DNA from: Candidatus Moraniibacteriota bacterium
GTDB taxonomy: Bacteria; Patescibacteriota; Minisyncoccia; Moranbacterales; GWC2-37-73
Reading direction: 5' to 3'
DNA length: 64,000 nt
Assembly: GCA_003507445.1 (NCBI GenBank)
Contig: DNVR01000019.1
Location: forward strand, 1,367-65,366
Shown here one piece after another: positions 47,476-56,405 of the stretch; the stretch's first letter is position 1; every line of letters starts with the position of its first letter. The notes beneath the pieces were generated by a model. That model had not been told where the DNA came from and did no database searches. It saw only the letters and a list, made by a program, of their open reading frames with translations. Made by a program: the position numbers and the translations under genes.

Positions 47476-47512
47476 TGAGCCCCTTGCGTAATGACGTTCG
47501 AACTGGGTTTAT
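47476..47512 (+). repeat. 37-bp direct repeat S2
   Basis: Partner of 46773-46809. Confidence 0.7.
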
Positions 47513-47597
47513 GCAAAAGTGTTTTATAATTAATTATAAATAAAAAAAACGGCTCCTCACTTTGCAGTGAAGAGCCTAATTACATTTTACGGATCTA

Positions 47598-47795
47598 TTA
47601 TTTATAGCCATATTTTTTAAGGAAAGCATTTGAAGCCACTAAGGCAACAACAGCAATCCAAAACATTCTCCAACTTATGGGTTGGATGAGATTTGAGAAA
47701 CCGTCGTAAAGGCCACATATAAGCAATGTTCCTAAAGCGAGTAAGGACAGTACCATAATAATGGCCGCCAGAGTAATTGAAACTTTTTTCATCAT
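47598..47795 (-). CDS. Small two-TM membrane protein
   Basis: SD AGGAGA; two hydrophobic helices. Confidence 0.6.
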   Translation of the reverse strand: MMKKVSITLAAIIMVLSLLALGTLLICGLYDGFSNLIQPISWRMFWIAVVALVASNAFLKKYGYK

Positions 47796-47834
47796 GAATA
47801 TTCTCCTTTTTAACTGCCTTTTTGGTTATTGGTA

Positions 47835-48665
47835 TCAGCGCCATTCTTTCATTTCTATTATGAAATTCTTTCTTGCTCTGTAATAATCCTCGGAGTGTTT
47901 ACTCTCTCCTTCCACGTTGAGAACTGATTCAATCTCCTCAATGCCAGCATAGGGAATCAAACCAGCTTCAAGCATATGACGAAGATCAGTTATATCATAA
48001 TTCCTCATTGATCGCAGCTTGTAGTAGGCTGTCTTGAGAGGACTTGCAACATTTAGTACGCTGCCTTGAAATTCTACAACCTCAGAATAAAACCAACGTG
48101 CTGGCAATACTTTTTTGCCCCAACTTAATGGATTTCCAAGCTCGTTTCTTCTGATGATATGGACATTAATGAAGCTCAGTGGCTTATCTTTTTGAATTAA
48201 GCCATTTTCATCAACGGCAATAATCCAGAAAAGGTAAGTTTCAGCCGTTGAAAATTCTTCCCAGTCAACACGTTTCATGAACATTGTTTCTCGACTCTGA
48301 ACTCCAAGCGTGACGAACAGGCCGTAACCTTTTCTCTCAATCCACTCTTGCAAACTTTTCAACTGAAACTCTTCTACTGCTAAATCAAGATCTCTATGCT
48401 CTCCAATGAAATCACCTAGCAAAATAGAAACACTAAGGCCACCATCAACTATCCAACTTAACCCAGAACAGTCAAAAAGTTTTTCCAGCTCGCATAACAT
48501 TGTGATGATCTGAAGTCTCCTTTCCTTCGTTAAGGCTACCCTAGTTCCATCTTCCAGGATTTTCTTTTTTTCAAAACCACCGTCGGTTTTAAAAGGGAAA
48601 GGTTGAAAGATGTTTTCTTTCGGGCAAAGATTCTCTTCAAAAAGACAACCATGTAATCCTTTCAT
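47835..48665 (-). CDS. Nucleotidyltransferase (ANT(2'')/Lnu-like fold)
   Basis: WIVDGGLSV...GEHRDLDL Pol-beta-type motif; SD AGGAG. Confidence 0.65.
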   Translation of the reverse strand: MKGLHGCLFEENLCPKENIFQPFPFKTDGGFEKKKILEDGTRVALTKERRLQIITMLCELEKLFDCSGLSWIVDGGLSVSILLGDFIGEHRDLDLAVEEFQLKSLQEWIERKGYGLFVTLGVQSRETMFMKRVDWEEFSTAETYLFWIIAVDENGLIQKDKPLSFINVHIIRRNELGNPLSWGKKVLPARWFYSEVVEFQGSVLNVASPLKTAYYKLRSMRNYDITDLRHMLEAGLIPYAGIEEIESVLNVEGESKHSEDYYRARKNFIIEMKEWR

Positions 48666-48806
48666 GTCTTACTCCTTTGTGTAATTCCTGATTGAGATTA
48701 TAAATCACATTGTGATTGTTTTTAAAAGAATATAATACACTATCAACAAATGAAAAGAATGTCAATATTAACAAACAAAAAACAGCTCAACAGAGCTGTT
48801 TTTTGA

Positions 48807-48825
48807 TTATTTTGAGCGGGTAGGG
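48807..48825 (-). repeat. 19-bp duplication of the tRNA-Gly 3' end and flank
   Basis: TTATTTTGAGCGGGTAGGG, identical to 49029-49047. Confidence 0.85.
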
Positions 48826-49036
48826 TTGGAATTCCGCGTCGTTTGTTCGTCGACACTCACAAACTCCTTGTCCGCGGCAGAGCTGAATGCTCGTATTCCT
48901 CGCATTCATCTACGCACGCTGCGAAAATCTCCTGTTGAAGATTTTCTAGCTCACTTCTGCCGGTTCGATTCCCACTATTTCAATTATAATAAAACAAAAC
49001 AAGGTCCCAAAAAGGACCTTGTTTTGTTTTATTTTG

Positions 49037-49108
49037 AGCGGGTAGGGGGAATCGAACCCCCCTCCTCAGCTTGGAAGGCTGATATAATAGCCACTATACG
49101 ACACCCGC
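49037..49108 (-). tRNA. tRNA-Gly(TCC)
   Basis: Anticodon arm TCAGC-CTTCCAA-GCTGA; GTTCGATTC T-arm. Confidence 0.92.
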
Positions 49109-49283
49109 CTTCGTTACACTTCGGCGGGCAAGCCCGCACGACGCAACTCTTTTCGAACTCTTACTATTATATATAAAAATAAAGTTTTGTCTAGGGCTGT
49201 GGGCGAGTTTAAGAATTTAAAGCCCCTTTTTTCTTTTTTTGATTTATGTTAGGATGTTTAAGTAATTTTTAACAGTTTAAACT

Positions 49284-49799
49284 ATGGAAAATAAAAAAGT
49301 TCTTGTGATGCTGATAGTGATTGTTGCGATTGTGTTGGGATATATGCTTTTTGCTAGCAAGTCCGCAAGCGCTCCTGTGACAAAAACTGAAACCGAAAAA
49401 GTAGCGTTGCAAGAAACCAAAAAGGCAACACAATCAACAATAACTAATCAATCTAATGAGACAAAAAAACCTATGGAATTAGAAATCAAAACAACTCAAG
49501 AGGGAACTGGCGATCGTGTGGTAAGATCAGGCGATAACATTGCCGTTCACTACACTGGAAAACTGACTGATGGAACCAAATTTGATTCAAGTGTGGATCG
49601 AGGGACTCCTTTTGAATTTCAAATTGGACAAGGAATGGTAATTGCCGGTTGGGAACAAGGTCTTTTGGGAATGAAAGTTGGCGAAAAACGAACACTAACA
49701 ATTCCATCTGAAATGGGATATGGAGCGCGAGGAGCAGGCGCAGTCATTCCGCCAAATGCAACCCTTGTTTTTGATGTGGAATTGATTTCGATCAAATAG
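49284..49799 (+). CDS. FKBP-type peptidyl-prolyl isomerase
   Basis: [30 protein letters not shown]; N-terminal anchor. Confidence 0.95.
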   Translation: MENKKVLVMLIVIVAIVLGYMLFASKSASAPVTKTETEKVALQETKKATQSTITNQSNETKKPMELEIKTTQEGTGDRVVRSGDNIAVHYTGKLTDGTKFDSSVDRGTPFEFQIGQGMVIAGWEQGLLGMKVGEKRTLTIPSEMGYGARGAGAVIPPNATLVFDVELISIK

Positions 49800-49852
49800 T
49801 TTTCAAAAACCAAATAAAAACAGTAAAAGAATCTTCCTTTTTTTGGGAAGAT

Positions 49853-49968
49853 TTTTTACTTTGCCTTTTTCCTTTTGAGGCACGCTTCGCAATCGAAGAA
49901 CTATGATCGCTCGCTAAGAGTTTGCTGTCGCTCTCTGTTGCCTCAAAAGGAAAAAGGTAAAGTAAAAA
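49853..49968. repeat. Long inverted repeat (MITE-like)
   Basis: 30-bp arms at 49853-49882 and 49939-49968 with a single G-T pair. Confidence 0.85.
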
Positions 49969-50120
49969 TTTCAAAAACTTTGTTTCGCGTGTAGCTCAAT
50001 AAAGTAATATATATCTACGTATTTAGATTATTGCAAATTTTTCAAATATGCTATATTATAGATAGCTTTAAGTGCAATTTCGATTCAGAATTTAAGCTGA
50101 TTGCTGTAAATATAAAGAGA

Positions 50121-51260
50121 ATGCTTTTTCAAGAGAAAAAAACAGAAACATCATACAAAAATAACAAAAATGATGTTATTTTATATCGCGATTTAAACAA
50201 AAGGGAGGAAATTGTTTCCCCCAGTTTTGATATGGAGAAAAAAACATACAAAAAGATTTTGAAAATATTTTTTATTGATCATTTTCATCTTCTTTTTAAA
50301 TCAGCAGCTCTTAATCATTTGCGTATTCAGCAGTGTAAGAACAAATCTAAGGTAGGAGATGTTTGCAATTTTAATTTCGATTCATATTCTCAACTTAAGC
50401 GTTATCAAAAAAAAGTCAGATTGTTTACTTTTAGCACATCTTTCACTGCGGCGCTGATTTTTGTTGTAGTGGCTGGTTTTCAATTGGTTGATATTCGGCA
50501 GGGGAAAAGTGCAACTTTTGGATGGCTGCAAACAGATTGGAGTGGTGGAGCAGACGTTGTGGCAACTGCTAATCACACAACAAATCAAAATGGTTGGACT
50601 AAGTTTTTTTCTAAAGATGCTGATGTAGATACAAGTAGTGGAGAAATGAAAATTGCTGGTGTGCCTGATTCCTTTGTGACAACTTCAGACACAGATTTTA
50701 ACGCTTTTGCAAAAACACAATCCTTTGTTAGTGGAACAGGTGCGGCAGGAATAATTTATGCTCAAAAACCTGATGGTGGAAGTTGTACTACGAACACAGA
50801 GTGCGCAAATGATTGGTGCAATGTAAATGTTTGTGCCAATCCTTGGACAATTGGCCCTTGCGCTGGATTTGCAGTATATAAAGAAGATAGTGGATCTCTA
50901 ACAAATCCTGGTACCTGGACTTGGAAAACAGCTAATACTGATTGCACTGCCCCTCAATGCTCACCTGTTGATGGTTATGACAGTTTGGTTGCAGATAATA
51001 ATGTTGATTTTTCTCTTTATCCTGCACGCAATGCTTGTAAAGCTCTGGGTGGTCGCTTGCCAACCAGAAATGAACTTTTGTGTATTTATAGCAATAAAGC
51101 GAGCTATGTTGGTGCGTTTAATACCAGTGGTGCTTTGTACCAAGCTTCCCAGGAAGCTGGTGTGGACAGAATATTGTACGTTAGAATGAGTGATGGCTTT
51201 TCAAATCTAGCAGGAGTTCAATATAAAACTAGTTGGAACAGAGTTAGATGTATAAAATAA
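50121..51260 (+). CDS. Membrane-anchored surface protein with C-terminal C-type-lectin/DUF1566-like domain
   Basis: TM segment, Cys-rich CTTNTECANDWCNVNVC, CKALGGRLPTRNEL...VRCIK. Confidence 0.65.
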   Translation: MLFQEKKTETSYKNNKNDVILYRDLNKREEIVSPSFDMEKKTYKKILKIFFIDHFHLLFKSAALNHLRIQQCKNKSKVGDVCNFNFDSYSQLKRYQKKVRLFTFSTSFTAALIFVVVAGFQLVDIRQGKSATFGWLQTDWSGGADVVATANHTTNQNGWTKFFSKDADVDTSSGEMKIAGVPDSFVTTSDTDFNAFAKTQSFVSGTGAAGIIYAQKPDGGSCTTNTECANDWCNVNVCANPWTIGPCAGFAVYKEDSGSLTNPGTWTWKTANTDCTAPQCSPVDGYDSLVADNNVDFSLYPARNACKALGGRLPTRNELLCIYSNKASYVGAFNTSGALYQASQEAGVDRILYVRMSDGFSNLAGVQYKTSWNRVRCIK

Positions 51261-51272
51261 AAGCAGTATAAA

Positions 51273-54200
51273 ATGTTTTTGAAAAATAAATTAAAATTAA
51301 AATTGTTTTTGTCCGCAGTATTTTTTTGCAGCGCTCTTTTTGTTTTCTCAATTGAAGATGCTAAAGCATACACATATTCGGCTAGCGCAATTTCTCCTGT
51401 AAAAACATATGCTTCGCAAGTTTCTTTTGGCACAATTTCTTGGACTGAAGTTTCTTCCGCGACTGGTATAAGTCCGCGACCAGCAAATTCTTTGATTGCG
51501 ATGGAGGTGCGAGCTGGAAATTCTGTTGTTCCTGATGAAACCTGGACTAATGGTGGAAATTGGACAGCTGTTACTAACGGACAAAGCCTATCTTTTCTTA
51601 GTGGTAATCAATATCTTCAATATCAAACCATTTTTTCCTATGACGACTTAAGCAATATGCCGGGGATTTCTGATGTGACAATAGCTTCAACAGCTTATCC
51701 TGTTGGTGTTTATAATCTCGTTAGTTCTCCATATGACTCTAATGATGTAGCCAATCTGTTGGCAGAAATAAAATGGAATGAGAATGTTCCAGTTGGCGCA
51801 AATGTTAAATTTCAGATGCGCAGTGCTCCTGATAATGCTGGTGCTCCAAATTGGGCAGCTGGCAGCGGTTGGTGTGGACCGTTAAACTGTGCCGCTACAA
51901 CGGCTGACGCTGATTATGCAACTGATTTTTATGAAAACACGCCAACAGGAGAAAGTTCAAACCCTGTTCACATAACAGGAAACAATGATCAATGGATTCA
52001 ATATATCGCTTGGCTGGAAAATGATAGCACAGCTATTACCCCAATTCTTTCAGATGTCACATTGACGTATGTTGTTAATATTCCACCTCAAGTGCAAAGC
52101 GTGAGCGCAATTCAAAATTCTGATGGTACGGTAACGGTAAATTATGAAATAAAAGATCCGGACACGAGCACTGGAATTTTAAATGGATCACTGGACACTT
52201 TTCTTGAATATTGCACAGCATCTTGTGATAGTCCTGGAAGTGAAACTTGGACCAACACTAGCGCACTGACTGGCAACTGGGGATTGTTAGTGGTTCAAGA
52301 AGAAAGTTTCACTGCATATTCCCTTGTTTGGACTCCTAAAACAGATTATTCAAATCAATATAATGCTAATATGAAAGTTCGTGTTGGCGTGAATGATAAT
52401 GAAGCTGCCAACAATGTGGCTTATGGAGAATCTAATGGTTTTATTTTGGATACTAAAAACCCAACCAATGTTGGAGTTGTTATTGATCACACCAAGTCTT
52501 CAAATAATCTGACACTTACCACACCTGCTGACGATTCACTTTATCAAATCGCATATTCCAATTATTCAGACTTTAGAGATGCATCTTTCGAGGATTTTCC
52601 TGTGGATAATGAAAAAACATATAGCACCTTAACTTCTGATCCTGCTACTGTGTATGTTCGAGTGAAAGATGAAAAAAATAATTATACCGACATTAGCGCA
52701 ACCACTCCAACGCAACCGAGTCATATTGTTTATTACGACACTTCAAATGAGGCTTCAAATGAATATCGCGAATTCGTTGCTTGGGACGCTGTGCCAGCTG
52801 AACAAGTCGGTAGCGGTTTTGCAAGTTACGATATTTATCGCGCGGAAAGATTGGAATCTGATAGTACTGCCACGCCAAGTTTTAGTTATTTGGATTCTAT
52901 TGCTGATCGCAGTACCAACTTTTTTACTGATTTGAATTTGGATAATAGTAAACATTATTATTATAAAGTTTTTGTTAAAGATGTTGCTGGAAATATTTCT
53001 CAATATTCTTCAGTTGTTGATGACAATCCAAATGGTCAAGGAGGATCAGATCAGACGCCGCCAACTTTGTCGAATGTAACTGTCTCAAATATTAACACTA
53101 CTAGCGCAACCATAACTTGGAACACTGATGAACTTTCAGATTCGAGTGTGGGTTATAGTGAAGACGTTGCATATCTGCCAGAAAGAGGACTGGCTTCAAT
53201 GGTTACGGCTCACGAAATCGTGCTTACCAATCTTGACCCAGGAACAACTTATAATATTCGTGTTAAGTCTCATGACAGTGTTGGAAATCTTGGGCAGAAT
53301 GACAAAGATAATCCTGGCTCGACTTCTATTCCAAATTTTACTTTTGAAACTTTGCCAGGACCTGCAATTTCAGGTGTCACCGTTCCTAATATTTCAAACA
53401 ATCAAGCCACAATAGACTGGAAAACTAGCACGGATTCTTCAAGCTACGTTGTTTATTCCGACACTATTTCTGGTGGGGCACTTGTAAATCCAAAGGAGTT
53501 TGGGACACCAGAACTTGTGGGCAGCCCTGTTGATGGAAAATATTCTCATTCTCAAACCATCACAACTTATAGCGACCTGCCGCTGGTGCCAAACACGAGA
53601 TATTATTTCTATGTAAAATCTGTCGACGGCGATGGGAATGTTTCTATTGATAACAATGCCAGTATGTTTTATGAACTTCTTACCACTGAAGACAATGATC
53701 CTCCAATAATATCCGATATTGAAACACCACTGATAACAAAAGATGGGGTTATCGTTTCTTGGACAACCAACGAGCCAGCCACAAGTAAAGTTTCTTATTC
53801 CACTACAAGCAGCGGTCCATATAGCGAGGTTGTGGAAGTGCTTACCTACGATCGTAGTCATTATGTGATATTGGGAGATCTTGATTCGGACAAGGATTAT
53901 TATTTCAAAGTGACTTCTGTGGATATAAATAATAATTCTAAAACAACAGAAGATCAGGAAACATTTAAAACGTTGAAAAATGTTGAATTTCAACATGATC
54001 CAATTTCTGCAATTACTTTTGCAGATCCAAATCCATCGATAATTACTGACACAGTAGCTGTCATTTCATTTAATACGGATCAAAACGCCAACTGTTTTGT
54101 TGAATATGGAACTGTGTCGGAAAATCTTGTTGCTGTGCCTGCAAAAGAGGGCGATGATATTTTTAATAGAGGACACAACATTCAAATCGATGGTCTTATT

Positions 54201-55535
54201 TTTCAAACAAAATATTATTACAAAGTTACTTGCGAAGATAATCTTGGCAATGTGATTTCTTCTAGCGAAAATGATTTTACGACCAAAGAAAAAAATTACA
54301 CATTGACGGGCATAGAGGATTTGATAGATTCAACAGTTCCAACAATTTCCAATGTTAAAGTCGCTGATATTAGCGGTGAAAGTGCCACTATAAGTTGGGA
54401 TAGCAATGAAAAAGCCAATAGCACGGTGAGATATGGAATTGCTGATGTTTCCGAGGTTGCTGCCAGTGATAGCGTCGTTAATAGTAGCAAGGATAATTAT
54501 GTAACTTCGCATTCAGTTGTGCTTGGTGGTCTTATTCCTGCTACCAGATATGTCTTTATTGTTTCATCTATTGATAAATCTGGTAATATTGCTCAATCAT
54601 CGCAAGACAATTTCACTACATCTTCGCCATCTTCCATTTCTTTTATAAAAGCGCAATCAAAAGAACTGGGACAGGCAACAATCACTTGGAAAACCAGCGC
54701 GGAAACAACTTCAACAGTGGAATATGGTTTGTCTACAAGTTATGGAGAGAAAAAAGAATCCACCTCTCTTACCAATGATCACTCGCTGAATCTCTCGGGT
54801 CTTAATCAAGGAAACACATATCACTTCAGGGTCAAAGGAAAAGATAAGGATGGAAAATTTTATGCTTCTTCTGATCAAACTTTTGATCCCAAATCGCCTC
54901 CTGTGATTGAAAATATTATCATAGATGAAATAACTGAGCACAGCGCAACCGTTTCTTTTTCTACCAATGTTCCAACTGATGCTACAGTGGCTTATCAAGA
55001 TGCGCAAAATAATGATAACTCAGGAACTCAAGGCGATCCTGATCTTACTATTGATCACAAGGTAAAGCTTATTGGATTAAATTCCGGAACAACATATCGC
55101 ACCACAATTAATGTCAGAGATGAACAAGGAACGCAATCAGTTCAAGTTGCCAAGGATATAATAACCAGCAGTGATGAAAATGCCCCGAAAATTGATAATG
55201 TTAAAACTGACAGTGCACTAACGCAATCAGACAAAGTGCAAGCAATTATTTCTTGGAAGACTGACGAACAAGCAACTTCGAGTATTTTGTATAAAGAGGG
55301 TAGAAATGGTGAAGAAAAAGAGCTTAAAATCACTGACAATTTGACCACGGGGCACATTGGCGTTATCACGGTTTTCAAGCCAGGGACAGTATACAATTTC
55401 AAAGTAAAATCTATCGATGCTTCTGGCAATGTCGCTGTTTCCAATGATTTCGCACTTCTTACACCAAGGAAAAAAGAAAATATCATTCAAATTATCATCG
55501 CAAACTTCACAGAAATTTTTGGATGGGCAAGATAA
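51273..55535 (+). CDS. Large secreted protein with multiple FN3/Ig-like repeats
   Basis: Signal peptide; repeated ATITW.T..S.V.Y...H.V.L..L..GT.Y.F.V.S.D..GN units. Confidence 0.85.
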   Translation: MFLKNKLKLKLFLSAVFFCSALFVFSIEDAKAYTYSASAISPVKTYASQVSFGTISWTEVSSATGISPRPANSLIAMEVRAGNSVVPDETWTNGGNWTAVTNGQSLSFLSGNQYLQYQTIFSYDDLSNMPGISDVTIASTAYPVGVYNLVSSPYDSNDVANLLAEIKWNENVPVGANVKFQMRSAPDNAGAPNWAAGSGWCGPLNCAATTADADYATDFYENTPTGESSNPVHITGNNDQWIQYIAWLENDSTAITPILSDVTLTYVVNIPPQVQSVSAIQNSDGTVTVNYEIKDPDTSTGILNGSLDTFLEYCTASCDSPGSETWTNTSALTGNWGLLVVQEESFTAYSLVWTPKTDYSNQYNANMKVRVGVNDNEAANNVAYGESNGFILDTKNPTNVGVVIDHTKSSNNLTLTTPADDSLYQIAYSNYSDFRDASFEDFPVDNEKTYSTLTSDPATVYVRVKDEKNNYTDISATTPTQPSHIVYYDTSNEASNEYREFVAWDAVPAEQVGSGFASYDIYRAERLESDSTATPSFSYLDSIADRSTNFFTDLNLDNSKHYYYKVFVKDVAGNISQYSSVVDDNPNGQGGSDQTPPTLSNVTVSNINTTSATITWNTDELSDSSVGYSEDVAYLPERGLASMVTAHEIVLTNLDPGTTYNIRVKSHDSVGNLGQNDKDNPGSTSIPNFTFETLPGPAISGVTVPNISNNQATIDWKTSTDSSSYVVYSDTISGGALVNPKEFGTPELVGSPVDGKYSHSQTITTYSDLPLVPNTRYYFYVKSVDGDGNVSIDNNASMFYELLTTEDNDPPIISDIETPLITKDGVIVSWTTNEPATSKVSYSTTSSGPYSEVVEVLTYDRSHYVILGDLDSDKDYYFKVTSVDINNNSKTTEDQETFKTLKNVEFQHDPISAITFADPNPSIITDTVAVISFNTDQNANCFVEYGTVSENLVAVPAKEGDDIFNRGHNIQIDGLIFQTKYYYKVTCEDNLGNVISSSENDFTTKEKNYTLTGIEDLIDSTVPTISNVKVADISGESATISWDSNEKANSTVRYGIADVSEVAASDSVVNSSKDNYVTSHSVVLGGLIPATRYVFIVSSIDKSGNIAQSSQDNFTTSSPSSISFIKAQSKELGQATITWKTSAETTSTVEYGLSTSYGEKKESTSLTNDHSLNLSGLNQGNTYHFRVKGKDKDGKFYASSDQTFDPKSPPVIENIIIDEITEHSATVSFSTNVPTDATVAYQDAQNNDNSGTQGDPDLTIDHKVKLIGLNSGTTYRTTINVRDEQGTQSVQVAKDIITSSDENAPKIDNVKTDSALTQSDKVQAIISWKTDEQATSSILYKEGRNGEEKELKITDNLTTGHIGVITVFKPGTVYNFKVKSIDASGNVAVSNDFALLTPRKKENIIQIIIANFTEIFGWAR

Positions 55536-55667
55536 TTTGAAAATCAAAATGCAAAGAACAAAAAAATTCTCATTAACTTGAGAATTTTTTGTTGTATTTC
55601 CACCCCTTTTGTCTTTTTTAAAAATATGCAATAATATTTAAGGTAAATTATTAAGAAAATATTTTAT

Positions 55668-56015
55668 ATGCGAATAATCGATGAAGAAGTTAAGAAAACA
55701 CAGGAGATTTTTAAGGTGTTAGAATTAACATCAGCGCAGATAAAAGAGCATACTGAAAAAATAAAAAATGCATTATTGATGGATATGGTTGCAGAAGCTT
55801 TTGCAGAAAAAGGTCAAATGATGGAAGATGCAAATTTTACACAAGACGACGTTGAAGATTTTTTGACTGATAATTATGAAGAAGGGGAGATTGCAGAAAT
55901 TTTAAGCAGGGTTTCGCGCGATGTGATTGTGGAATATTTTTCAAAAATATTAAAAGGTGCTGCTGAAGATAAAATTGAAAAAGTAAATGAGATTTTGACG
56001 GCAAAGTTTGAATAG
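55668..56015 (+). CDS. Hypothetical acidic protein
   Basis: 115-aa ORF with helical composition. Confidence 0.6.
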   Translation: MRIIDEEVKKTQEIFKVLELTSAQIKEHTEKIKNALLMDMVAEAFAEKGQMMEDANFTQDDVEDFLTDNYEEGEIAEILSRVSRDVIVEYFSKILKGAAEDKIEKVNEILTAKFE

Positions 56016-56099
56016 CATTTCAATTTTCGTATTTTTGAAAAAGATGTATAATGGGTGGGTATTTAAATGGGTATTTAATTTGTTAATAATTGTAATAAT

Positions 56100-56180
56100 A
56101 TGATTTTGTATAATAAATTTGCAGGTATTGAACCAGAAGAGGATGAAGACGACGAAGATTGTGGCGACTTCGGTTGTTAG
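56100..56180 (+). CDS. Putative 26-aa acidic micropeptide ending CGDFGC
   Basis: MILYNKFAGIEPEEDEDDEDCGDFGC*, followed by a terminator hairpin at about 56208-56237. Confidence 0.4.
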   Translation: MILYNKFAGIEPEEDEDDEDCGDFGC

Positions 56181-56278
56181 ATAGAAGGAAAATAAAAAAT
56201 TGTTTTTAAACCACCTTGTTTTATGAGGTGGTTTTTTGTTGAGAAAGATTATTGTGTGTCTTAACGTATTGCATAATG

Positions 56279-56340
56279 ATACCCTCAGGGGGTATTTGAC
56301 AAGAAATACTGTGTGGGTGTAATATACCCCTAGAGGGTAT
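56279..56340 (+). promoter_or_regulatory. Promoter flanked by two CsoR/RcnR-type operator palindromes
   Basis: ATACCCTCAGGGGGTAT (56279-56295), TTGACA (56296-56301), TAATAT (56320-56325), ATACCCCTAGAGGGTAT (56324-56340). Confidence 0.7.
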
Positions 56341-56405
56341 TGCTGCACAAGGCGGAATTTTAAATTTCCAAATAATAAGGAAGATAACTTTTAATAAAAA
56401 ATAAT

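Noticed and set aside
48826-49176. 116-aa plus-strand ORF
   Set aside because: It overlaps the structured element, a terminator and the antisense of tRNA-Gly.
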